A stretch of DNA of 52,744 nucleotides, taken from positions 1-52,744 of IMG/VR virus record IMGVR_UViG_3300037113_000050, one strand, 5' to 3'. The notes under the pieces were generated by a model that was given only the letters and a program-made list of their open reading frames with translations, was not told the DNA's origin and did no database searches. The translations under genes were made by a program, and so were the position numbers. Below, piece by piece: positions 45,653-52,744 of the stretch; within the stretch, counting starts at the first letter, position 1; every line of letters begins with the position of its first letter. The DNA comes from a virus (Duplodnaviria > Caudoviricetes).

Positions 45653-46980
45653 GGTGTGGTGTAGCTTTCTGGAATGTCTGGCGTCACAATGCGCCGATTT
45701 TCAAACACTGAAAATTGACCCTCAAAACTCATTTCGCAGTTGCCTACGTCGCCGTCGCGCTGTTTGGCGACAATAAGGACGGCGTCACGTCCGCCGTTAG
45801 TGTCGCGGTCGCGGTGTAGCAGACCGATACAGTCCGCATCCCGCTCAATCTGCCCAGAGTCCGCCAGGTCGCTGATCCTCGGCAACCGGGGTGTTTTCTC
45901 CTTCACGCTTTCCCGGTTCAACTGGGCCAGCGTTAGGAGCGCGCAGCCGGTTTCTTTCGCGATAGCCATGAGCGCGCCGGATACTTGCCCAACGGCGTAG
46001 GTTTTCTTCTCAAAATTTCCAACCTCTTTGATTTTTTGCAGGTAGTCAATCACCACAAGCTTGACACCTTCCGATTTCACCATCCGCCGGATCGTGCCGC
46101 AGATGCGTGCGCTGTCCGTGCCACTGATCGAGTCCATAAAGAATATCGGAGACGAATTGAGGAGCGCGTTAAAATGGGTGAATTTTGACATGTCTTGTTC
46201 CGAAAATCTTCCCGCCCGCAGGTCGCCCAACGGAAACCGGCAGTGATTGGCCAGCATCCGCCGGCAGAGCGCGTGAATGGACATTTCAAGGGTGATTACC
46301 AGCGTTGGGATTTTGTCCGTGAGACAGACACGGTGAATAATAGTCGTGGCCAGCGCGGTCTTTCCTTGTGACGGTCTCGCCCCGATGATGGTCTGTTCGC
46401 CGGCCTGCAAACCGTCCGTCAGGTTGTCGAATTGGTCAAGCCCAGTCACAAGGCCAGATTTCCGCCCCTTCAAAGCGAAACGCTCCTCAAGGTGGTTAAT
46501 CAGCATGTGCGACGCATTTCCACCACCGACAACCAAGTCATTTGACCTGATTTCACGGATGTTTTGCAGCTTGGTTTCAACCGACGAAATAATCTCTTCC
46601 GCTGATTCCTGATTTTCGTAAACGCTGGCCGCAGCTTCTGAACACGCCGCCATTGTTTTGCGGAGCATGTAAGCCTCGCTCACCCTGTCCGCGTAGGACT
46701 GAAAATTTGAAACCAGAACAGCCACCGAGTCGCATTCGTCCAGATACACCATGTCATGGACTTTGTCGTTTACGGTTATCAAATCAATCGGCTCGCCAGC
46801 CTGCCGCATGGCAATCAAAGCTAGATAAGTCTGCCGATTATTTAGATCGTAAAAAACATCTCCGCCGGCCTTAAATCTTGAAATGCACTCATCTGCAAGA
46901 TTGGGATTTTGCAGGATGCAACCAATGATTGCCCGCTCAAATTCAGGCTCGTTTGGGGGTAGTTTGTCAGGTTCGCTCAT
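45649..46980 (-). CDS. dnaB: Replicative DNA helicase
   Basis: GARPSQGKT, LEMS, VIDYLQ, AQLNR and DLADSGQIERDAD motifs. Confidence 0.95.
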   Translation of the reverse strand: MSEPDKLPPNEPEFERAIIGCILQNPNLADECISRFKAGGDVFYDLNNRQTYLALIAMRQAGEPIDLITVNDKVHDMVYLDECDSVAVLVSNFQSYADRVSEAYMLRKTMAACSEAAASVYENQESAEEIISSVETKLQNIREIRSNDLVVGGGNASHMLINHLEERFALKGRKSGLVTGLDQFDNLTDGLQAGEQTIIGARPSQGKTALATTIIHRVCLTDKIPTLVITLEMSIHALCRRMLANHCRFPLGDLRAGRFSEQDMSKFTHFNALLNSSPIFFMDSISGTDSARICGTIRRMVKSEGVKLVVIDYLQKIKEVGNFEKKTYAVGQVSGALMAIAKETGCALLTLAQLNRESVKEKTPRLPRISDLADSGQIERDADCIGLLHRDRDTNGGRDAVLIVAKQRDGDVGNCEMSFEGQFSVFENRRIVTPDIPESYTTP

Positions 46981-47210
46981 ATTTCAATGAGTTCCAAGGC
47001 TCCGGCACATTTTGACGCCCTGAATTTTTCCGCCCCAGCGTGGGCATCCGCATGGGATTCAAAAAGGCACAAAATCATCCAATCCAGCTTAGTGTTGGTG
47101 GAAAAAGCGCGTTGGGTTGAACGAAGCGAATCACCAAGTGTTTGAATGTGAAACGCCTTTTGTCTTGAACTCCATTCCAAAACATAAATCGATCTCAGGT
47201 TAATGCTCAT
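46977..47210 (-). CDS. Hypothetical protein
   Basis: ATGA overlap with dnaB. Confidence 0.6.
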   Translation of the reverse strand: MSINLRSIYVLEWSSRQKAFHIQTLGDSLRSTQRAFSTNTKLDWMILCLFESHADAHAGAEKFRASKCAGALELIEI

Positions 47211-47496
47211 AATTCAAAAGCTAAAATCCGCAGCCAGCTTCCCGCGAGACAACAGAGCGGCCACTTGGCACTTTGGAGGTCGGGTTACTGGCTGCGGATT
47301 GTAAATTTCGATGTTTCATTTTCTCTGTTATCGGTGTGTCTCACGCACCGGCTGGCAATCTGTCAGCAACTCAAATTTCTTATAAAACTCAATCCCTGTC
47401 AACGGAAATCCCGGATAGTTCAACCGATCGTCTTACCGACGCCGGGAACATGATCGAGACCATATTCCTGACGCCACGAAAATGGTTTCCTCACAC

Positions 47497-47886
47497 TTAC
47501 CAGGCCTCTGAAATTGTTTGATCTGTGAGCGTCGTTATTTCCACCACAACACATTCGCGCCCGGTTTGTCTGGCACGCTTTACGTGATCGTGAACCTGAA
47601 TCCTTCCACCGCTGGCCAGCCAGATTGCAGCTCGTGGTTCATTGTGAATCTTCGCAATGCGCGACGGCCCATTGCCGCCCCCGGTGACCTGCACGGCCAT
47701 GATTCCACGCGACGGGGAACAGGCCACAAGGTCGGCAAACCCGTAAAGGTCGCGGGTTATGAAGCAGTGCGGAATACGCTGCTCGACAACCCCAACAGTC
47801 CAACCTTCCGCTTCCAACTTCTTCCGGCTGGCAAGGTTTGCCGCGAAAGGTTTTGCACGTCTTTTTTTCAATTTAGGTTCATTCAT
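47497..47886 (-). CDS. PD-(D/E)XK Holliday-junction-resolvase-like nuclease
   Basis: LEAEGW...DLYGFADLVA...AVQVT pattern. Confidence 0.65.
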   Translation of the reverse strand: MNEPKLKKRRAKPFAANLASRKKLEAEGWTVGVVEQRIPHCFITRDLYGFADLVACSPSRGIMAVQVTGGGNGPSRIAKIHNEPRAAIWLASGGRIQVHDHVKRARQTGRECVVVEITTLTDQTISEAW

Positions 47887-47913
47887 AAAAAGTTGCCGGC
47901 GGAATGCCGGAAA

Positions 47914-48102
47914 TTAATCCTGTTCCACGTCGCGCTCATGGTCGGCGGCGTCGGCCTTGCGATCCTCGATGTCTTCGGTCGTCACTGGGACTTCACCTTC
48001 ACCTTTGCAGTCAGGACACACTTGCATTTCTTCATCGCCAAAATGATGGTTAATTTCGGCGGTATTGCAGCCCGGCGGCAAGTCCCAGCCAAAAGGATTC
48101 AT
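47914..48102 (-). CDS. Small CxxCxGxG protein
   Basis: CPDCKGEG motif. Confidence 0.5.
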   Translation of the reverse strand: MNPFGWDLPPGCNTAEINHHFGDEEMQVCPDCKGEGEVPVTTEDIEDRKADAADHERDVEQD

Positions 48103-49100
48103 AAAGTTGCCCCTAGGTCGTCGCCAATAGGTTTAGGTGCATGCGTTTCAGGATTTTTAAATTCTGTCATGCCAGCACACTTCCGATAATTCCAACAGTC
48201 TTCCGGCCCGATGATTTGAGTATTTCCAAAAGGGATTCCAACCGGCGGAAACGACGGCCATTCTCCGGTTGAAAGGCATTGGCAATAACGCTTCAAAGCC
48301 ATCCTATATTTCGTCCGGCCCCAGTCCAGAAATTCAGACGACATGGCCGGTGGCGGGGTGACGACGTGAAATGGAAATACATTCTCTTGGACGATGTGGA
48401 CAAAATCAACCCGCTCTTCTGCCGTCGCGGCGCAGTAAATATCGCGGTAAAGTGACGCCTGAATGTCGTATGATTGGTCTTCAATCACACGCGCCCACGT
48501 CGCCGGGTTTCCATTGCGCGCAGTTTTGAAGTCAGCCAACCACTTGCCGAAAATCGGATGATCCGACGGTGGCACAAGGTCAAGCAGGATTCGAAGCGGA
48601 ACCTCAATCCCAGTCGCCTCATCTTTCCAAGCCGCGACGCAGAACACCTGCTTTTGTGACGCAGCAAAGAGTGCTGCGATCAGGTCACTGCCACGAATCG
48701 CGGCAACCGCTTTATCCGCGTCAGCCTTTGTGTCAGACTTAATTATAGTCTTGTCTCCCTGCTCTTTTTTCCATTCCTTGCAGAAAGTGGCAGCGCCTGT
48801 CCATGGCTTCGCTTCGCCAGTCTTCTTGTCGGGATAAGTTTCCGGCGACACGGAAAACATTGCTTCAAACTTTTCCGGCGAAGTCAGCAGACAGTCAATC
48901 ATGCTGCCCCATTTCGTTGAATCGGTTTCCGACAGCTCCTCACGATAGCCAGCCAACCAGCGCGCCGGGTTGCTGGCGAAGTTTACGATCTCGCCACGCG
49001 ACATGATAAATGCCGGATTGCCACGGAACATCCCTGGCTCTTGTCTGGAATAATCCTTGTAAGATACGTTGTCACCGATTATTTTCGCTTTCGTAATCAT
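48099..49100 (-). CDS. RecE/exonuclease VIII-like PD-(D/E)XK nuclease
   Basis: LDLVP...ADFKT and YDIQASLY motifs. Confidence 0.8.
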   Translation of the reverse strand: MITKAKIIGDNVSYKDYSRQEPGMFRGNPAFIMSRGEIVNFASNPARWLAGYREELSETDSTKWGSMIDCLLTSPEKFEAMFSVSPETYPDKKTGEAKPWTGAATFCKEWKKEQGDKTIIKSDTKADADKAVAAIRGSDLIAALFAASQKQVFCVAAWKDEATGIEVPLRILLDLVPPSDHPIFGKWLADFKTARNGNPATWARVIEDQSYDIQASLYRDIYCAATAEERVDFVHIVQENVFPFHVVTPPPAMSSEFLDWGRTKYRMALKRYCQCLSTGEWPSFPPVGIPFGNTQIIGPEDCWNYRKCAGMTEFKNPETHAPKPIGDDLGATL

Positions 49101-50044
49101 TTTTGCCCTTTCAGTTTCTTTTCAACAAGGTTGGTTATGCTGGTCAGTTCGGCAGCGGTCAGACTTTCAAGGTGCTTGTCTGGCTCCATCAAGACTTCAT
49201 CCCATAGCCATTGCTCAAGCGCGGATTTATCGCCGCTGTGAATATGTTTAGTGGAGTCCCAAAGAATCTTTTTGAGATGGCTGATTTCATCCCCAGTTGT
49301 TGCCTTTTTTGCAACAGGTGGTTTTCCGGCGGCGTTACACCATTCGGCCAGAGCCATTCCGTGTCCAACCATGATCGGTGTCGTCTTGTCTTTCGGAAAG
49401 CAATCCCGCAGTGAAGGGTGACTGCATTTTGTGAGGATGATGGAATGATTTTGCAGAATCTCAAAGTGACAGGTGGCTTCAAAGATGAAGTCCTCGGCTT
49501 GAATCGGCGACGTGGCCTCGTCCTTTATCAGGACGGTTTTACCCTGCTCGTTCTTCGTCTGCCGTGTTTTGTATTTCGCCCGCAGGCAAACAATGATCGG
49601 GATTTTCGTCCGCAGCAACCGTTGGACAAATTTCGCGTGTTCAAATTTCGGCGCCTTCCAGCAATGCAATCCAGTCTTGCCGGTGCGCTGTTCAATCTCA
49701 CCTGCCATATCCAGGACTCCGCCAATACCTTCCCATTCGTGCGAGCCTGAATCAATAATTCCGACTGCTGCGCCGCTGGATTCAATGGCATCCACGGCCT
49801 CGACGTATCGAGCCGGGGCGAATGGTGCGGCCAGATCAAACGTCTCAAAACCGCCCGGCAGCACGTCCGCGTAAAGGCTGGCGCGGCCCGACTCCGAATC
49901 AGCGACAACTATCTTGCCGGACGCCCCGGCCATGCCACGGGCCAGCAGGAGCGCGGAATAGGTCTTTCCGCATCCGCTTTCGGAATACGCGACGATCAGC
50001 GGGTTAATGCCGACACGGGTCGCGGTTTTTATTTCAAAGTTCAT
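49097..50044 (-). CDS. AAA-type ATPase, Sak4-like recombination protein
   Basis: SESGCGKTYSAL and IIDSGSHEWEGIGG motifs; next to the exonuclease. Confidence 0.78.
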   Translation of the reverse strand: MNFEIKTATRVGINPLIVAYSESGCGKTYSALLLARGMAGASGKIVVADSESGRASLYADVLPGGFETFDLAAPFAPARYVEAVDAIESSGAAVGIIDSGSHEWEGIGGVLDMAGEIEQRTGKTGLHCWKAPKFEHAKFVQRLLRTKIPIIVCLRAKYKTRQTKNEQGKTVLIKDEATSPIQAEDFIFEATCHFEILQNHSIILTKCSHPSLRDCFPKDKTTPIMVGHGMALAEWCNAAGKPPVAKKATTGDEISHLKKILWDSTKHIHSGDKSALEQWLWDEVLMEPDKHLESLTAAELTSITNLVEKKLKGQK

Positions 50045-50251
50045 AATTAAATCAGTTCTCCGGTTTTTCTTTCCGCAATTCCCAGCGCATCTCTTAGCGC
50101 TGCTTTCATATTAATGCAAAATTAGATCGTTAATTTTGACGCCTTGCTTACGGTTATCTGATGTCAACTCACATTCATCCACGTTGCCGCTGATGCCGGA
50201 ATGTATTCCAACGATTTTGTTGGTAATTTTATTGAGTGCTTTTTTCATGAT

Positions 50252-50461
50252 TTATTTTATTAGTTTATAATTCCAAATCTGTCCGCCGTTTTCCGACTTG
50301 CCAATGCGCTTGGATTCAATCTTGACCCCGTTCGCCCGCAGTTCTGAAATATCCGAACTTGGTCGGGTGGTACAACAATGATCCATAATGTCCATCGTGG
50401 TTGCTCCTGCGTAGCATCCGGTAAGAAATTGTAGCACCATCTTAAGGCGATGGCTTTTCAT
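50252..50461 (-). CDS. Winged-HTH small protein
   Basis: TTMDI...SSDISELRANGVKI pattern. Confidence 0.6.
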   Translation of the reverse strand: MKSHRLKMVLQFLTGCYAGATTMDIMDHCCTTRPSSDISELRANGVKIESKRIGKSENGGQIWNYKLIK

Positions 50462-50502
50462 TGTGCCGTGATGGAAAGTTGATCTCATGTGGTTATAATG
50501 GT

Positions 50503-50697
50503 TTAGTAGAGGTCTTGTTTTCTTTGCGTTCCGGGTTTCGGTTGAAATTCGAGCAGGATTTGCTTGGTCACGATGTCAAGCTGCACGTCCACGACTGGCG
50601 ACCAGAAGTCGTCAATCTCGACGCCCGGCACAAAGGCATTCACCTCATAAAGAGGCGGCAGTTTTTGCAGCCGTTCAATTAGTTCCTCGGTGGTCAT
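50503..50697 (-). CDS. Hypothetical protein
   Basis: MTTEELIERLQKLP phage-type N-terminus. Confidence 0.55.
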   Translation of the reverse strand: MTTEELIERLQKLPPLYEVNAFVPGVEIDDFWSPVVDVQLDIVTKQILLEFQPKPGTQRKQDLY

Positions 50698-51077
50698 AAT
50701 TTTGAATCCTCCCCGCCAGCGGCCCGTGACGGCACCGCATAGCCCGACATGGGTGCGGCCTCATTAGTCTGGCACTCATTGGTGTATTTAGCGTCACCAC
50801 GAGGCCCGTCCGGTTGTACGTCTGGCAAGGAGGAAATTCTAGGCTTGCAGCCGACTGAAATGTTAGGCATCGCGGCGGCGCGAAGTTTTAGTCCGAGCGG
50901 GATTGAGTTTTCAAACGGACAATCCTCGATCCAGATTGCTGCGGTTTTCATTAGCTCTTTGGCTTCGTTTAGCTCGCGTTCAATTTTTGCGTAAGCATCT
51001 ATGATTTCAATCCCGCTGATTAAATCAGCATCATATCGGTTGCGAAGTTCGTCTGTTCTTGGTGTTTCAGTTTTCAT
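50694..51077 (-). CDS. Hypothetical protein containing a cassette-terminus sequence
   Basis: ETPRTD N-terminus; 20 bp identical to the end of the last array cassette. Confidence 0.6.
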   Translation of the reverse strand: MKTETPRTDELRNRYDADLISGIEIIDAYAKIERELNEAKELMKTAAIWIEDCPFENSIPLGLKLRAAAMPNISVGCKPRISSLPDVQPDGPRGDAKYTNECQTNEAAPMSGYAVPSRAAGGEDSKL

Positions 51078-51373
51078 TTCATCGCCTTTTCAATGCGCTC
51101 CATGATGTCGTTTAACGCGCTCCGCACGTCCGCCACGCCACCGCGAGCCTCTTCGGATAACATTTTGCCCGGCAGGGCTTGGAACGCTTTGGCGACTGTC
51201 CCAAAGTAACCCCAAAACTGGCCCTTAAATTGAACCTCCCAATTTAAAATGTCTGAGCGGATGATCCGCCAGTGGTTGTCAATGGTGATCGTTTGGGACT
51301 CGAAAGCGGCATTTTGAGCGTCACGCGTCTCTTTGATTTTCCGCATGGTTTCCGGTGTCATTATATTTGCCAT
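51074..51373 (-). CDS. Hypothetical protein
   Basis: ORF in the leftward operon. Confidence 0.6.
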   Translation of the reverse strand: MANIMTPETMRKIKETRDAQNAAFESQTITIDNHWRIIRSDILNWEVQFKGQFWGYFGTVAKAFQALPGKMLSEEARGGVADVRSALNDIMERIEKAMK

Positions 51374-51416
51374 AAAATTATTTGCCGGGCTTTCCTCGCC
51401 GCCCGGCTGGCGCTTC

Positions 51417-51602
51417 TTACGTTAGACGCTGGTCTATTCCTTTTGCATCGCACAGGTCGGCACCGCGCAGGTCGGCACCGAACAGGTCGGCACCGCACAG
51501 GGCGGCATCGTTTTTTAATGCTGTGCAAACCGCTTTTGAGATATTTTCAAAATCACCCTCAAAAAGCAGATTTCCAAAAATGGATTTGATTTGGATATTC
51601 AT
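51417..51602 (-). CDS. Short (probably truncated) pentapeptide-repeat protein
   Basis: AALCG-ADLFG-ADLRG-ADLCD repeats. Confidence 0.65.
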   Translation of the reverse strand: MNIQIKSIFGNLLFEGDFENISKAVCTALKNDAALCGADLFGADLRGADLCDAKGIDQRLT

Positions 51603-51607
51603 TGGAA

Positions 51608-51910
51608 TTATTTCCTGACTTTAACAGCTTTAACCAACTCGGTGACAACATATTCAAATGCCTGGTTATCCAACCTGTCAGCCGCGTCTTGGATGGCCCA
51701 TGCGTCGTCACCAATCCGGCGCGTTGCTGCAAATTCAAGGGCGGCACGCTGTAATTTGGATCGGGGCGTGTGATCAGCGATTTTCATGTCTGCCGCGCTC
51801 CGCAACTCCTCGATCTTGTCATCCGCTTTACCAGCGCAGCGAAGTAATGATAGCGCGTAAAGGCCGGACCAAACAATGATGACGATGATGATATAAACGT
51901 AGGTAGGCAT
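51608..51910 (-). CDS. Membrane-anchored hypothetical protein
   Basis: N-terminal TM segment. Confidence 0.55.
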   Translation of the reverse strand: MPTYVYIIIVIIVWSGLYALSLLRCAGKADDKIEELRSAADMKIADHTPRSKLQRAALEFAATRRIGDDAWAIQDAADRLDNQAFEYVVTELVKAVKVRK

Positions 51911-51914
51911 AGAA

Positions 51915-52121
51915 TTATTTTTTGATTTTAACTTGGGGCAAATAGCACACAAAAAACCCACCACGATCATCCTTACCTGTGCGGTAATGCGCTTTTGATG
52001 ACAAGATATACTCAAGTGCCGTAGTACGCTCGGATGCTGATCCAACCCAGAAACTTTTTTTGGCGTCAATGCGCGCCCGGATTTCAGCGGCGCACAGGTG
52101 GATTGATTTTTTGTCACTCAT
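51915..52121 (-). CDS. Hypothetical protein, first gene of the leftward operon
   Basis: ORF after the AT-rich control region. Confidence 0.55.
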   Translation of the reverse strand: MSDKKSIHLCAAEIRARIDAKKSFWVGSASERTTALEYILSSKAHYRTGKDDRGGFFVCYLPQVKIKK

Positions 52122-52145
52122 TTATTGTGATGACTTTAGAACTGT

Positions 52146-52161
52146 CTTGAAATATTTCAAG
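52146..52161. promoter_or_regulatory. Perfect 16 bp palindrome (operator candidate)
   Basis: CTTGAAAT-ATTTCAAG in the divergent control region. Confidence 0.5.
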
Positions 52162-52260
52162 CTATTTTTTCAACTATTTTCTGGCGTATCAACATTACCC
52201 TTTGTTTGCAATAGTTTTTGAGTGAATTTATTTTGAAAACAAATCACGCAAAATAAATCG

Positions 52261-52288
52261 TTGACTTTGCTGCGAACGGTAGTAGTAT
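52261..52288 (+). promoter_or_regulatory. Sigma70-like promoter for the Cro-like gene and cassette array
   Basis: TTGACT-16bp-TAGTAT, with the ATG 6 nt downstream (leaderless-type). Confidence 0.55.
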
Positions 52289-52294
52289 CAAGGA

Positions 52295-52471
52295 ATGAAG
52301 AAAAAAACCATCGCCGACGTGCTACAAAGGTGGCGTAAGAAAAATGGCTACTCCCAACAAAAGGCGGCGTCCCTTCTGGAATGTTCCATTGCCACGATTC
52401 AGTCCTGGGAACAGGAACGGAACGAGCCGCTGCCGCAAACCGCTGATTTTATCCGGGAGAAATGCAAATGA
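52295..52471 (+). CDS. XRE/Cro-like HTH regulator (58 aa, absent from the ORF track)
   Basis: MKKKTIADVLQRWRKKNGYSQQKAASLLECSIATIQSWEQERNEP. Confidence 0.85.
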   Translation: MKKKTIADVLQRWRKKNGYSQQKAASLLECSIATIQSWEQERNEPLPQTADFIREKCK

Positions 52472-52731
52472 AACCATGCCCGTTGGCTCCGGCGACTTGT
52501 TCGGCGATTCCTGCGAGTCATCTGGACTTCTGCCGTGAAGTCGGAAGGCTCGCAAAAGAGCATAGACTAAACCGAGTTACGATCACTTTCCAGCCGGGGT
52601 TCCGCGATGAGTGGAGGGACCAAATAAGCGCGACGTGGGAGAGTGGCCGACACGAAGAGGAAGTGGGTATAATCCACGTCGAAAGCACCGTGCGCGTTCA
52701 CACGAGTATTTCGCCGAACGTAGAAAGCTGA
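52468..52731 (+). CDS. First cassette ORF, hypothetical
   Basis: ATGA-coupled to the Cro-like gene; N-terminus encoded by the half attC; ends PNVES. Confidence 0.7.
   Translation: MKPCPLAPATCSAIPASHLDFCREVGRLAKEHRLNRVTITFQPGFRDEWRDQISATWESGRHEEEVGIIHVESTVRVHTSISPNVES
52476..52505 (-). repeat. Half attC-like site fused to the Cro-like gene end
   Basis: 52476-52507 identical to 394-425. Confidence 0.8.
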
Positions 52732-52744
52732 ACCGCCGCCGACC
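52713..52744 (-). repeat. Partial attC-like site (truncated by window end)
   Basis: GCCGAACgtagaaagctgaaccgccgcc. Confidence 0.75.

Larger units (their letters stand above)
1..52744. mobile_element. Tailed bacteriophage genome, podovirus-like, probably near-complete and broken inside the cassette array
   Basis: Terminase, portal, capsid, tail/ejection, replication and recombination modules; no host housekeeping genes; both ends fall in attC-like repeats of the same orientation. Confidence 0.9.

Noticed and set aside
1-52744. IntI, phage integrase, tRNA or rRNA genes
   Set aside because: No tyrosine/serine recombinase motifs or cloverleaf structures recognised by eye; HMM and tRNAscan runs are needed to confirm absence

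Overview
This looks like a near-complete ~52.7 kb tailed-phage genome with podovirus-like morphogenesis genes: terminase large subunit, portal, major capsid, tail tubular/stabilisation proteins and ejection proteins, with no tape measure recognised. It also carries a DUF1376 initiator, DnaB, RecE-like and Sak4-like recombination genes, an early-gene cluster and an atypical lysis region. No integrase, IntI, CI repressor, tRNA or CRISPR was seen. The main signal is an integron-type cassette array running across both window ends (52476-52744 and 1-4174): 13 cassettes separated by attC-like imperfect palindromes. Every ORF is antisense to the canonical attC orientation, and the array appears to be driven by a phage promoter/Cro-like gene. 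Leader peptides encoded inside the attC sites couple translation from gene to gene. Identical cassette termini flank unrelated genes, one of them in the phage core, suggesting cassette assembly in the phage. A 14th cassette (a two-frame C5 DNA methyltransferase) sits in the replication operon. Other oddities are a DUF3494 ice-binding protein near the capsid gene, a glycosyltransferase/methyltransferase/ATP-grasp set in the head module and a papain-like peptidase in the lysis position. All annotations come from motif recognition by eye; no searches were run.
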